Below, piece after piece: positions 1-9,840 of a DNA stretch of 64,000 nucleotides. Origin of the DNA: an uncultured Candidatus Saccharibacteria bacterium. GTDB lineage: Bacteria; Patescibacteriota; UBA1384; XYA2-FULL-43-10; 1-14-0-10-43-13. The notes under the pieces are model-generated. The model made no database searches, had not been told where the DNA came from, and saw only the letters and a list, made by a program, of their open reading frames with translations. How positions within the stretch are numbered: the stretch's first letter is position 1; every line of letters starts with the position of its first letter. The translations under genes were made by a program, and so were the position numbers. The stretch is taken from the NCBI GenBank assembly GCA_964419835.1, contig CAYQPT010000002.1:6732-70731 (forward strand), read 5' to 3'.

Positions 1-69
1 ATAAAAGACGACCCGTTAAATGGTATTATTGTGGGCAAAATCTTGTAGTTCTGGATCCTCCAAGAAATA

Positions 70-1599
70 TTATAGGACTTTAAATATTGTATAACCCTCT
101 ATCGAATAAACCTCATTAAATAAATCCGGATTATGCTCCAGATTGGTTTTAAACACTGGATGATCAGATGCAACAATCACCCATTTTGCATTAAAGTCCC
201 TCTTTATTCTTTCCAATGCGGATGAATCCCTGCCGGAAGATATTCCCGAAAACTCTTTATATAACGACCCGTCATATCTATTCATAAATTCAGGATCAAG
301 CCCTACTATATAATAGTTTTTTTGATTTAAATAAAAATATAGTGGAAAAACATCCCAATCATCTGTAAAAACAATATCGCCTTTTTCAGAATTTTCAATT
401 AGAAAATTATTAGCTTTTTCAGCTGCACTCACATTAAAAAATGCACGAGTATCAGATAATCCCTTGTGCATTTGAGTGAAACTAAACTTTATTGAAACAA
501 CCGCTAGAACAATAAATAATAATATGGTGGTGGTTGTCTTTAAATTGATTCCAGACACTTTCCCCCTTAAAATCTTTTCCTCAAAGCAAGGTCCGGCTAG
601 GAAAATCCCTGACGCCACAGCCCAAAAGGGCCAATACTCAACATATCTTTTTGCTTTCCATTCCAATGCAAGTAAAATAAAACTAAATAAGACAAGCAAT
701 AATTCTTGAGAATTACTTTTTTGCTTTCTAATAAATCCGATCATTAAGCTTCCAAAAAATATTATCACTGGCACCAAGGAAGAAGTCAGCCAAAACCATG
801 TGTCATAGGGCCGCCATTCTCCACCTGAATAAGATTTTGCTCCAAGTCCTGTTTGAAATATTTGAACAATCAAAAAACTAATGTTGTGCGGGAAATACGG
901 ATTAATCACAAGCCCTAATACTGTCCCAATTAATATCGCTGCCGGTAATTTATAATCAATCTTTTCATCTGTAAAAATAAGTGCGATAAAATACAAGAAT
1001 GCTAGCACTGGCATAAATACAAATCCACCATACAGCCAGACAAAAAGAAATGATAAAACCAACAATCCCCAAAGTTTTTTCCGAAAAATTAAATAAACCG
1101 CCAGTGTCATCAGAAACAAGGCCGGCGCCTGTACTCGAACAAAAGACATCCGGAAATAAAAATCTGCCGGCATTATAAAAAAAGCGGCAATTGCGTAGAA
1201 TAAAGATAATTTCAATTTTTTTTCTTTAAAAATCAGAAATAAAAAGGAAAAAGAAAGGGCGACAAAAACAATTGTCATAATTTTGGCGCCATTGAAATCA
1301 CCGAAAACCTTGATAAAAGGAATTAGGATTAAGTGAAAAAGAAGCTGATGGTCAACAAAATTATTATTAAGTATGGTGTAGAACAAATAGGGGAAATGAT
1401 GCGGTATACCGTTTGCAAGTATAAACTTGGCCATTCCTACATGATAAAAGCTATCTTCTCCGGAGAGATTCGGCATTCTTAAATTAAACTGAAATCTTGA
1501 AAAAGCAGAAAAAATAACAAGAAAAGAAACATATATTTTTTGGCTAGTCAAAAAATTACTTAATATTTTAAGGTTTTTCATAGAGTTAAGATTTATCAA
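70..1599 (-). CDS. polytopic membrane protein, putative GT-C fold glycosyltransferase (ArnT/PMT-like)
   Basis: 509 aa with many predicted TM helices. The first loop carries an acidic motif (SGEDSFYHVGMA). A soluble C-terminal domain follows. Size and topology resemble GT39/GT83-family enzymes. Confidence 0.4.
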   Translation of the reverse strand: MINLNSMKNLKILSNFLTSQKIYVSFLVIFSAFSRFQFNLRMPNLSGEDSFYHVGMAKFILANGIPHHFPYLFYTILNNNFVDHQLLFHLILIPFIKVFGDFNGAKIMTIVFVALSFSFLFLIFKEKKLKLSLFYAIAAFFIMPADFYFRMSFVRVQAPALFLMTLAVYLIFRKKLWGLLVLSFLFVWLYGGFVFMPVLAFLYFIALIFTDEKIDYKLPAAILIGTVLGLVINPYFPHNISFLIVQIFQTGLGAKSYSGGEWRPYDTWFWLTSSLVPVIIFFGSLMIGFIRKQKSNSQELLLVLFSFILLALEWKAKRYVEYWPFWAVASGIFLAGPCFEEKILRGKVSGINLKTTTTILLFIVLAVVSIKFSFTQMHKGLSDTRAFFNVSAAEKANNFLIENSEKGDIVFTDDWDVFPLYFYLNQKNYYIVGLDPEFMNRYDGSLYKEFSGISSGRDSSALERIKRDFNAKWVIVASDHPVFKTNLEHNPDLFNEVYSIEGYTIFKVL

Positions 1600-1819
1600 T
1601 TATTTTAATTACTTTTTTTCTGCTTGTTAATCCTTTGGCAACTTGTATGCAACTTTGTGGAACACAAAAATATTTCGATAGCAGTTTTACAAGAGCCCTA
1701 TTCGCCTCCCCTTCTTTTGGTTGACCTTTCACCCAAACTTTTATACTGCCATCAATGCTTTTTTGGATTTGTTCAACCTTCGATCCGGGTACGACTTTTA
1801 CTATGATTGACTTTTCCAT
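1586..1819 (-). CDS. DUF167 (YggU/UPF0235) family protein
   Basis: 77 aa. The pattern IKVKVxPxSKxxxI ... GEANRALVKLLSKYF...V.I..G..SRKKVIKI matches the conserved DUF167 signature. Confidence 0.6.
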   Translation of the reverse strand: MEKSIIVKVVPGSKVEQIQKSIDGSIKVWVKGQPKEGEANRALVKLLSKYFCVPQSCIQVAKGLTSRKKVIKIIDKS

Positions 1820-2256
1820 TATTTTTTTAGCTCAGAGTCCAACGCCTCGTTTACGAGCTTATCTGCCGCTTTATTTTCCTCACGGGGAATATGAACAAAG
1901 ATGATTTTTAAGTTAAATTCGCCTAATATTTCTCTAATTTGAGAGATAAATTCCTGAATATGCGGCTGTTTAATTTTATAATTACCATTTATCTGTTCCA
2001 CAACCAGTTTGCTATCAAGCCGACAAGTGATCTTCCCTCCGTCACCATTGTTTTCCCTAAACCAGTCACTTTTAGCAATGATTTGTAATGCTTTTACTAT
2101 AGCACTGTACTCAGCTTCGTTATTTGTGGCTGTGCCAATAAATTCTTTATAGGTGTGAATAACTTTTTCATGATCGTCAAAAAAGACAATCCCGATCCCT
2201 GCTGGACCAGGATTGCCCCTTGAACCGCCATCTGTGTTTATAAAAATCTCACCCAT
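1819..2256 (-). CDS. rnhA: ribonuclease HI
   Basis: 145 aa. N-terminal TDGGSRGNPGPAGIG and the central EAEYSAI motif are typical of type 1 RNase H. The size is right. Confidence 0.75.
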   Translation of the reverse strand: MGEIFINTDGGSRGNPGPAGIGIVFFDDHEKVIHTYKEFIGTATNNEAEYSAIVKALQIIAKSDWFRENNGDGGKITCRLDSKLVVEQINGNYKIKQPHIQEFISQIREILGEFNLKIIFVHIPREENKAADKLVNEALDSELKK

Positions 2257-2338
2257 ATTTTCATCTCAAAAATTGATCAGACACCGCATATTACCAAGGT
2301 CACCCATTTGAATTATCAGGGGGGAGGGGATCGGTATC

Positions 2339-3001
2339 TCAGTCATCATCATGATAAGTACTCATCTCCGGTAAAATATACTTGCTCGCTCCCTCAAAAT
2401 ACCTCGGTCCCTTTAGACTGCTTTCATAATTGATAGAATTAACTCCATCGCTTTTACGGCCTGAAACATAATACCTTTCAGTTGGAATTGATGCCGTTCC
2501 ATTATATTGAAAAATATAAAATGACCTATCGCTCTTATATCTGGGATGTCTAGGGTTGGCAGTCAGCATTTGTTGCCCGCCGACATTTGATATCAATGCG
2601 ATAGAATTGTTATAACTTGAATACTGAGCCACGGTAGGATCGACATATCCAGAACCTGCAAGCGCCCGCTGTACAAATCCTAAATCAGGATTGCTATTAT
2701 CCGGATCACCCGGAACCAGAGAGCTGGGTGGTATGACCGCCGGGTTCCCTTCTGAATATGCCATTTCAGCCATTCGGGAAAGCTGGGATGTGTCGGCTAA
2801 TACTTTCGCATCATCTGCTTGGGCTCTTGCCTTGAGCACATTATAGATAACAATCGTAGCCAGGATTCCAATAATTGCTATTACAACTAAAAGCTCAATT
2901 AGCGTGAATCCTTTTCTTTTTTTTAGAAATCTAAAAAAATCTTTTAGCTTTCCTCTGGGACCTTGATTTTGGCTCAACATTTTCCTCCCTTTTAAAAACA
3001 C
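2339..3001 (-). CDS. prepilin-type N-terminal cleavage/methylation domain protein (pilin-like) with an unusually long basic leader
   Basis: The KGFTLIELLVVIAIIGILA motif lies about 30 aa from the annotated start. Around 22-30 basic residues precede the G|F cleavage site. The C-terminal domain is variable. Confidence 0.7.
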   Translation of the reverse strand: MFLKGRKMLSQNQGPRGKLKDFFRFLKKRKGFTLIELLVVIAIIGILATIVIYNVLKARAQADDAKVLADTSQLSRMAEMAYSEGNPAVIPPSSLVPGDPDNSNPDLGFVQRALAGSGYVDPTVAQYSSYNNSIALISNVGGQQMLTANPRHPRYKSDRSFYIFQYNGTASIPTERYYVSGRKSDGVNSINYESSLKGPRYFEGASKYILPEMSTYHDDD

Positions 3002-3021
3002 GTTAATAGTATCAAAACAAA

Positions 3022-4020
3022 TTAATTAACATTAAGCCCTAAGCCAATTTTTTCTTTTACCGTCTTTATTGTCTGGCTGGCAGTTTTGGCGGCTCTCTCA
3101 TTTCCCTTACCAAGAATTCCAATCAGCCCTTCCTCATCTCCTATTAGTTTATCATATTTTTCCTGTATAGGCGTTAAATGTTTAATAATCTGATCCGCCA
3201 ATTGCTCCTTAAACTCTCCGTAACTCTTACCGTCAAATTCTTTTTCCAACCCTGAGACAGATTTACCTGAAATTTCGCTGTATATATTTAAAAGATTTGT
3301 AATTGCCGGCTTGTCTTTGCTTGCTTTAATTTCGCTGCCTGAGTCCGTAACGGCCCGTTTAATTTTTTGTCTAATTAAATCTGCACTGTCAGTAAGCGCT
3401 ATGTAATTATAAATTGAACTGGCCGACTTGCTCATTTTCTTAGTCGGATCATCGAGCCCCATTATACGAGCAGAAGTTTCCTTTATAACCGGCTCTGGCA
3501 CAATAAAAGTTTGACCGAATTTGTTATTGAACCTCTGTGCTATGTCCCTTGTCAATTCGACATGCTGTTTCTGATCTTCACCAACCGGTACATCCGTTGT
3601 TTGGTAAAGTAGAATATCAGCCGCCATTAGAACAGGATAATCAAACAGTCCTACGGGAATATTCTGCTCGGAAAACTTGGTTGACTTGTCCTTGAATTGT
3701 GTCATTCGAGAAAGTTCGCCCACATTTGTAATGCAATTCAAAATCCAAGCCAATTCAGCATGCTCCGGACGGGAAGACTGCACAAAAATAATTGATTTTT
3801 CCGGATTAATTCCAGAAGCAATATAAAGTGCGGCTGTGGATAAAACGTTTTTCTTAAGTTCCGCCGGGTCCTGTGGAACAGTAATTGCATGCAAATCTAC
3901 AACACAGAAAATGGCCTCATCCACCTTATCTTGATGGGAAACCCATTGTTTAATCGCCCCAAGATAATTGCCTATGTGGATAACTCCGCTTGGCTGAATA
4001 CCTGAAAAAATTCTTTTCAT
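3022..4020 (-). CDS. trpS: tryptophan--tRNA ligase
   Basis: 332 aa class I aaRS. Class I HIGH-type motif (HIGN) near the N-terminus, plus a KMSKS motif. Length is typical of TrpRS. Confidence 0.9.
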   Translation of the reverse strand: MKRIFSGIQPSGVIHIGNYLGAIKQWVSHQDKVDEAIFCVVDLHAITVPQDPAELKKNVLSTAALYIASGINPEKSIIFVQSSRPEHAELAWILNCITNVGELSRMTQFKDKSTKFSEQNIPVGLFDYPVLMAADILLYQTTDVPVGEDQKQHVELTRDIAQRFNNKFGQTFIVPEPVIKETSARIMGLDDPTKKMSKSASSIYNYIALTDSADLIRQKIKRAVTDSGSEIKASKDKPAITNLLNIYSEISGKSVSGLEKEFDGKSYGEFKEQLADQIIKHLTPIQEKYDKLIGDEEGLIGILGKGNERAAKTASQTIKTVKEKIGLGLNVN

Positions 4021-4079
4021 AATATTTTACTCAATAATTTTAAACTAAGCATATCGGAAATATCTGACCAGAGCAATAT

Positions 4080-4856
4080 TTAATTATTATAGCTCCTTGA
4101 TGTTACTGACGAACGAATCATTGCCTTGGCGCCACGAACTTGATCCGTATTATAATCAGGACTTTTTGCTGTTATCATAAATTGAACATAGGGCTGACTT
4201 GCGGTTGCACTGGTATCATCGGGCGCATATCCTGCCATTGCCAATACAACACTGAGCTGTGTGGAGGATATCCTGTTATTATCGTTAGCTCCAGCGCCCA
4301 AAACTAACACTTCGGATATATCCGCTTCCGTGAGAATATAAACTGATCCGTCCGGATTTAATCTGCCATGTTCACCGTAAAAAACTCCGAAAGGGTTAGC
4401 GACAGCTGTTGAAGTAAAATAAATTTTATATTTGTCGGTTGTCCCTAGAATTAATATCTGAGCACCATTGCCGCTAAGAACCTCACCGGGTAATTCGGTT
4501 GATGGATCCCGATTGAGGGCAAACAAGCAAGTCTGATTGATAATATAATTCTGATTTGCGTTCAACATCGCAATCCCATTTTTAAACTGACGGGTAGAGA
4601 TCGTTACATCATCATCATGCGCCTCAATTTTAATCTCTTGATTTGCCGACCTTACATCACGAGTGACCATATCTGCTAATCTCCTAGTTTCTTCATTTAC
4701 TTCACGCATTATCTTTAATTTGGTTCTGTAACTGCTGCTTTGAGCTACAGTAGCGGTCGTCATTATCATAATAATAGTAAAAATAGAGGTGGCCACTAAA
4801 ACCTCAAGGAGCGTGAAACCCTGTTTGAATTTTTTTATTTTATTTGTTGATCCCAT
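4080..4856 (-). CDS. prepilin-type minor pilin / pseudopilin
   Basis: N-terminal KQGFTLLEVLVATSIFTIIM class III signal-peptide motif. 258 aa. Confidence 0.65.
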   Translation of the reverse strand: MGSTNKIKKFKQGFTLLEVLVATSIFTIIMIMTTATVAQSSSYRTKLKIMREVNEETRRLADMVTRDVRSANQEIKIEAHDDDVTISTRQFKNGIAMLNANQNYIINQTCLFALNRDPSTELPGEVLSGNGAQILILGTTDKYKIYFTSTAVANPFGVFYGEHGRLNPDGSVYILTEADISEVLVLGAGANDNNRISSTQLSVVLAMAGYAPDDTSATASQPYVQFMITAKSPDYNTDQVRGAKAMIRSSVTSRSYNN

Positions 4857-4894
4857 GATTCTTAATTCATTCCGCCAGCTGGCGGATCATAATT

Positions 4895-5461
4895 TTAATA
4901 ATTTGGTCGCCAATTTGTTATAACCTCGCTTGCAGATATTGATTTATTGCCTGTTACGTTGTCAAAGCTGACCGTAACCGTAATTTTTAACGCATTGTTT
5001 ACCGCATCAATTGCAGCATTGGGACCATCAGGAAGTATGGTGTCTGCGACTATTGGGGCGACATTAATAATTCTAGAGTAGCTTGTGTTGTTTATTGAGA
5101 TGGTTTCTCCTACCCCAGAAGCGGTCAGACCATACCGGCCTCCATTTATAGACAAGATATAATTCCCGTTTGAAGTTATCGGAGTTAAGACAGATGGAGT
5201 ACCATTCCATGCTAAAGAATTCCATTGTGTTGTATTGGCTCCATCAATCCAGTTTGTATCGCGAATCTGGCGAACATGCTCTATCCCCTCTTGTGCCAAA
5301 AATGTTGCTTGCGCCCTCTGCTGAATATAAACACTATTTGCCAAAGCAGTCTTTCCGACAAAAACCAAGGCCATCAGAATCGTAATGATAATTACCGCCG
5401 ATACCAAAACTTCCAGTATCCCAAATCCTTTTTTAAATTTTTCTTTTTTAAAATATTTCAT
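4895..5461 (-). CDS. prepilin-type minor pilin (PilV-like)
   Basis: N-terminal KKGFGILEVLVSAVIIITILMA motif. 188 aa. Confidence 0.65.
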   Translation of the reverse strand: MKYFKKEKFKKGFGILEVLVSAVIIITILMALVFVGKTALANSVYIQQRAQATFLAQEGIEHVRQIRDTNWIDGANTTQWNSLAWNGTPSVLTPITSNGNYILSINGGRYGLTASGVGETISINNTSYSRIINVAPIVADTILPDGPNAAIDAVNNALKITVTVSFDNVTGNKSISASEVITNWRPNY

Positions 5462-5464
5462 ATT

Positions 5465-5986
5465 TTAATGAACGGTCACACGAAAAGGTTCGTAATCAAT
5501 TTTAAAGCTTGCCGTGCCATCGTCACCTGCATTACCACCAGTTATTGTAATGTAGTCATCCTTAAATTTATTAATTGTCGGAGGATTGGGGCACACCCCT
5601 ATGGTAGGCGTTGCTGGCATCTTGCAGCAAAAATCGGCAGGAGTATCACAAACAAGAAAATTATTGGCTGCTACACCATTAATCGCAATCGCATAGCTGC
5701 TTGGCAAAGTAATTTTTTTTATTAACTCGCCCGTACCATCATTTTCATGCAACTCGATGGTTTTGGCAATGGTGTCAGCTTTAATAACATATCTAGATAT
5801 ACCCTGCTTCGGATTTTTTGCCATATTGCCCATTTGTTCAATCAAGGACTTGACTTCGATTGAACGCAAATTAAACTCGCTTCTTGCTCCGTATCTCGAG
5901 AAGAACGGGATAGTTAAAACCGTCATCAAACCAATAATTGCGCAAACTATTAGAAGCTCTATCAGAGTAAAAGCTTTATATTTCAT
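5465..5986 (-). CDS. pseudopilin (GspG/PulG-like), start corrected
   Basis: The internal Met starts MKYKAFTLIELLIVCAIIGLMT, a classic prepilin leader plus hydrophobic helix. The 39 codons upstream in the ORF track (to 6103) overlap the pilD CDS and are not pilin-like, so the start is placed at 5986. Confidence 0.7.
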   Translation of the reverse strand: MKYKAFTLIELLIVCAIIGLMTVLTIPFFSRYGARSEFNLRSIEVKSLIEQMGNMAKNPKQGISRYVIKADTIAKTIELHENDGTGELIKKITLPSSYAIAINGVAANNFLVCDTPADFCCKMPATPTIGVCPNPPTINKFKDDYITITGGNAGDDGTASFKIDYEPFRVTVH

Positions 5987-6075
5987 ATATGAACCATTTC
6001 TAACATGTATTAATTGGCTAAATGATAAATGATAAACAAATGAACAATGTGAAATGATAAATGGAAAATGATATT

Positions 6076-6837
6076 TCACCTTAAAAATGAACCAAAATAC
6101 CAACTTGTTATAATATTCCCAAAAAGTAAAGTTAGAAATGAGGCCAAAATTAAAAACGGAGCAAAAGGTAGAGAATCCTTTATTGTTTTATTTGCAATTT
6201 TTATATAAATCAGTCCTGCAATTGAGCCAAGCAAAAAAGCTAAAAACAAGCCAAAAACGGCTAAATGTAGACCGACTAAAAGCCCTAAAATTATCCCTAT
6301 TTTAATATCACCCGCACCCATCCATTTTTCCTTAGATACATAGACCAGTAAAGCCAAACTTCCACCGCCAATCAACCCGCCGTAAATCATATTCATAAAT
6401 CCCAAATTGCCAAAATACCAGCTCCCCAAAAAAGTTAATATGAGAGCAATCCAGACAAATATCTCCGGAGTTAATTCTGTTTTAAGGTCGTAAACAAAAA
6501 CCACCACTAAAAGGGAGAAGATTATCATATAAAATATTGCCGCCAACGAAAGGCCAAAACTCAAATACAGGAGCAAAAAGGAAAGTCCTGTTCCAATCTC
6601 TACCAATGGATACTGCCATGAAATGCTCTTACCGCAGTAACGGCATTTCGCACGAAGTAAAACAAAAGAAATAAAAGGAATTAAGTCGTACCACCCCAGA
6701 ATTTGCTTGCAATGAGGACAATGCGAACGAGAATTTAGAATAGACTTTAGGTCGTCCATTCTAAAAATGATAACATTTAAAAAACTGCCTATCACAAGAC
6801 CAATGACGAGAAACAAAAGGGAAAGTGAAATGTTCAT
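6076..6837 (-). CDS. pilD: prepilin peptidase (A24 family)
   Basis: N-terminal tetracysteine region (CPHC...CRYC), then a polytopic membrane domain with the conserved GAGD motif (WMGAGDIKI). Confidence 0.85.
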   Translation of the reverse strand: MNISLSLLFLVIGLVIGSFLNVIIFRMDDLKSILNSRSHCPHCKQILGWYDLIPFISFVLLRAKCRYCGKSISWQYPLVEIGTGLSFLLLYLSFGLSLAAIFYMIIFSLLVVVFVYDLKTELTPEIFVWIALILTFLGSWYFGNLGFMNMIYGGLIGGGSLALLVYVSKEKWMGAGDIKIGIILGLLVGLHLAVFGLFLAFLLGSIAGLIYIKIANKTIKDSLPFAPFLILASFLTLLFGNIITSWYFGSFLR

Positions 6838-6899
6838 ATTTAAATCCTAAATCCAAATTTCTAATGACTAATAAAATTTTAAATTAATAAATGTCAAAG

Positions 6900-7271
6900 T
6901 TACTTTTTTCTTGACTTATTCACGATTGATGAAAAAATTAAATTTAATTCGTTAGCTTCTTTCCAGAGTTTTCTGGAATCGTCTTTTGTTTCAGGTACTG
7001 CCTTAGTGATTATTCTAAACCAATATTTTGTCTCTTTTGATTCTTTTTTACATATTCCCAGTTTGTGTTCAAAATCCTTCTTGGTTTCCGCACAATCTGC
7101 TTCACAATAATTCGCTCCTATACTTGTACCTGATCTAATCAACTGTGTTATTAAGGGTCGTGTAATTTCATGTCTGGGTAGCTTGTTGCAAAATTCTATG
7201 ATCGCTTCTGCAAATTTGGCCGTTCTCTCTTCAAGATCATATTTTTTATTCTCAGGTCCCTCGTTTGACAT
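6900..7271 (-). CDS. four-helix-bundle protein (TIGR02436-like, 23S rRNA IVS-protein family)
   Basis: 123 aa. The IRSGTSIGANYCEA and KxxFxxKL...ESxET motifs are typical of this family. Confidence 0.7.
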   Translation of the reverse strand: MSNEGPENKKYDLEERTAKFAEAIIEFCNKLPRHEITRPLITQLIRSGTSIGANYCEADCAETKKDFEHKLGICKKESKETKYWFRIITKAVPETKDDSRKLWKEANELNLIFSSIVNKSRKK

Positions 7272-7425
7272 TTTGGCTTCGGACTTTTATTTGAAATTTG
7301 TAATTAGGATTTTGGAATTAAACTAATCTAATTATTCTAATTGAAAACTTAATTAATCTTTTCTCAAAATCATTTTTGAATTTTGAACTGTCATTTTGCA
7401 TTTTGAGTTTTGAGATTTAAATTTC

Positions 7426-7932
7426 CTAATCATTCTGCTCTGAAAAATTATATGCGGAGCCCGGCATGTCTCCTCCGAGCGGGTTCGTTTTATTTATCTC
7501 TCCATCGGATTTATTTTCTAATGCACAAAATAAAGCAAAATTCTGAGCATTACCTTCCACCCCATCCGTCTGATACAAGTAATTGTTTTGTCCCGTTGGA
7601 TCAGAAGGAACCGTTTTCATGTATGTGCTATCAAGCCCTGTATTTTCGGCGGTTACTACAACGGCAGATTTTTGATATTTGAAGGTATTTGGATTCTTGT
7701 CAGCATAATAAATACTGAGCGTTTTTTTTATTTGGGTAAGATCACTTTTTCTTTGTGCATCGCGGGTTTTCATTTTTGCATTGGATATTGCAACTAAAAT
7801 CATTGACGCCAAAATCCCGATGATGGCGATCACTACTAACAGTTCGATAAGCGTAAAGCCACGCTTACTCACTGCAAGCAATTCAATTAAGGTAAATCCT
7901 TTTCTTCTCATCTGGAATATCTTGTTTATCAT
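7426..7932 (-). CDS. type IV pilin-like protein with a tandemly duplicated prepilin N-terminal motif
   Basis: The protein reads MRRKGFTLIELLAV-SKRGFTLIELLVVIAIIGILA, i.e. two in-frame copies of the K/R-G-FTLIELL motif. They are encoded by synonymously diverged DNA (AAAGGATTTACCTTAATTGAATTGCTT vs CGTGGCTTTACGCTTATCGAACTGTTA). Confidence 0.7.
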   Translation of the reverse strand: MINKIFQMRRKGFTLIELLAVSKRGFTLIELLVVIAIIGILASMILVAISNAKMKTRDAQRKSDLTQIKKTLSIYYADKNPNTFKYQKSAVVVTAENTGLDSTYMKTVPSDPTGQNNYLYQTDGVEGNAQNFALFCALENKSDGEINKTNPLGGDMPGSAYNFSEQND

Positions 7933-8072
7933 TCGAACAAAGTGAGAACTAAAAATACTTGTTAAACTTCTCGTCCTTCTTCTTTCGAAAAATATTTCTT
8001 TTTAGCCCTTCAGTTGCTAGAGAAATTACCCGTTCGACTTTGCTCAGGGCAGGGTTTCTCTAGCATAGAAAA

Positions 8073-8498
8073 CTAAAATCCAGATTTGGTAGAGCCAGAA
8101 AAACCACCAGCAATTGTTTTTGCGGGAGTAGATCCATCGTTTGCAGCCAATGTCCAGTCTGCAGCCCCTGCAGCAGATGCAGCAGTGTTGCCTGAAGCTG
8201 AATAAGCCCAAGATCCATAGCCGTTTGCACCCGATAAAGTCGGCCAGCTGCCGGTCGCCACAGTGCTTCCTGTGCAGATTGTGGCTCCGTTTGCAGGCTT
8301 GACAACTGCTTCGCTATTTGTTGTGCAGATTGAAGCCGTCTTTGCAGCTTGTTGTAAATCGGCAAATGCCTTGGTATCAATTGCTTTTGTTCTTGCGCCG
8401 GCAACATTGATGATAATGATGGTTGCCAAAATACCAATGATAGCAATAACAACCAACAACTCGATTAAGGTAAAACCTTTTTTAAACATTTTTTTCAT
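8073..8498 (-). CDS. candidate major type IV pilin
   Basis: Start moved to MKKMFKKGFTLIELLVVIAIIGILA. An RBS (GGAGGAGG) sits 8 nt upstream at 8505-8513. Short leader, and an Ala/Gly/Ser/Thr-rich C-terminal domain of about 140 aa total. It is the smallest pilin and lies directly upstream of pilC. Confidence 0.7.
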   Translation of the reverse strand: MKKMFKKGFTLIELLVVIAIIGILATIIIINVAGARTKAIDTKAFADLQQAAKTASICTTNSEAVVKPANGATICTGSTVATGSWPTLSGANGYGSWAYSASGNTAASAAGAADWTLAANDGSTPAKTIAGGFSGSTKSGF

Positions 8499-8603
8499 TT
8501 TTTTCCTCCTCCCTGTTAAGCATCCTCGAGGATACACTTAAGCAGGGTAAATTATTACTGCCCGATCGACCTGACAGGCGATTTTTATAAATAACTCTAA
8601 CTT

Positions 8604-9809
8604 CTATTTCAACTGTGCAATATTATAAATTGGCACCAAAACGGCAAAAACCAAAAAGGCAACGCCTACTCCCATTATGACCAAAACAACCGGCTCAACT
8701 AAAGTGGAAATAGTTTTAATCATTTGGTCAGTTGCTTCCTCGTAATAATCAGCCACCTTGTTTAGCACTCCATCTAACTGTCCCGTTTCTTCTCCAACTG
8801 CCGCCATCTGCCCCACAAAAGCCGGAAAGGTCGGGTCTTTTGACAACTGGACTGACAATGGCACGCCTTTTTCAACCTGACTAGCTGCGTGCGAAATACT
8901 CTCTTCAAAAACAATGTTATTCATCACACTTCCGCCAATTTTTAATGCATCCAAAAGTGGCACTCCTGCTCCAATCAACATGGCCATAACTTTGGAAAAG
9001 CGATACATGTAGATGCCTTCAAAAACTTTTTTAATCACAGGAATTTTAAGCTGAAGCTCATCTTTCGTTCTCGCTCCGGTATTTGAACTTAGCCAGAATT
9101 TCAAAAAAACCACTAAGGCAATGGCTATCAAAAGAACGAGCCACCACTTTGTTTGAACAAACCCCGAAAGGGCAAGCAACATTCTTGTGGCTAGGGGCAA
9201 ATTTGCACCGGCGCTATCAAAAACAGTTTTTAACTGTGGGATAACTACTAAAAGCATATATGTTCCAATCCCCAACAATGCAACCAAAATGAAACCGGGG
9301 TAGTACATTGCCCCTTTTACCTTGCCGTTAAAATTGTTGTCATTTTCCAATTGATCCGCCTGTTGCTTTAATACAACATCAAGTTTGCCCGTACTCTCCC
9401 CCGCCGTCACAATAGAAATAAATACTTTATCAAAAGCTTCCGGATGCTTTGCTAAGGCGTTAGAAAAACTCATTCCTTCTTCTAGATCCTTGAATATTTC
9501 AGTATATATGCTTCGTAAATAGTCAGTTCGGGCTTGGGTGCTAGTAATCTTAATTGCCTTAGGAAGGGGAAGTCCGGCCGAGATCATTGTTGAAATTTGC
9601 CTTGCAAAGATGGAGCGGTCTTTAGCATTTACCTTTTTGCCAAATCCTATCACCCTGCTATTGGAACTGCCTTTTTCAGAAGTAATATCTAAAGTAATTA
9701 AATTGTGTTTAACTAAAATACCCTCCGCCTCACTCTGACTTGCAGCTTTGACAGTACCGGTAATAATTTCGTTCCTACTATTTTTTGCTCTGTATAGAAA
9801 AGTTTTCAT
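8604..9809 (-). CDS. pilC: type IV pilus assembly platform protein PilC (GspF family)
   Basis: 401 aa. Two GspF-type repeats with three TM segments. Confidence 0.85.
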   Translation of the reverse strand: MKTFLYRAKNSRNEIITGTVKAASQSEAEGILVKHNLITLDITSEKGSSNSRVIGFGKKVNAKDRSIFARQISTMISAGLPLPKAIKITSTQARTDYLRSIYTEIFKDLEEGMSFSNALAKHPEAFDKVFISIVTAGESTGKLDVVLKQQADQLENDNNFNGKVKGAMYYPGFILVALLGIGTYMLLVVIPQLKTVFDSAGANLPLATRMLLALSGFVQTKWWLVLLIAIALVVFLKFWLSSNTGARTKDELQLKIPVIKKVFEGIYMYRFSKVMAMLIGAGVPLLDALKIGGSVMNNIVFEESISHAASQVEKGVPLSVQLSKDPTFPAFVGQMAAVGEETGQLDGVLNKVADYYEEATDQMIKTISTLVEPVVLVIMGVGVAFLVFAVLVPIYNIAQLK

Positions 9810-9840
9810 TTAGCTTAATGCTTACTGAATTACTGCTTAG

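Noticed and set aside
5987-6103. N-terminal 39-codon extension of the 5465..6103 ORF (MVFWFIFKVKYHFPF...)
   Set aside because: It overlaps the 3' end of pilD in another frame and has no RBS. The protein has a canonical prepilin start at the internal Met (MKYKAFTLIELL), so the start was set to 5986.
8060-8452. 130-aa ORF overlapping the major pilin gene in a different frame
   Set aside because: It is entirely internal to the 8073..8498 pilin CDS, which has a clear prepilin motif and RBS. The ORF is Gln/Leu-rich and looks like an artefact of the A/G/S/T-rich pilin codons.
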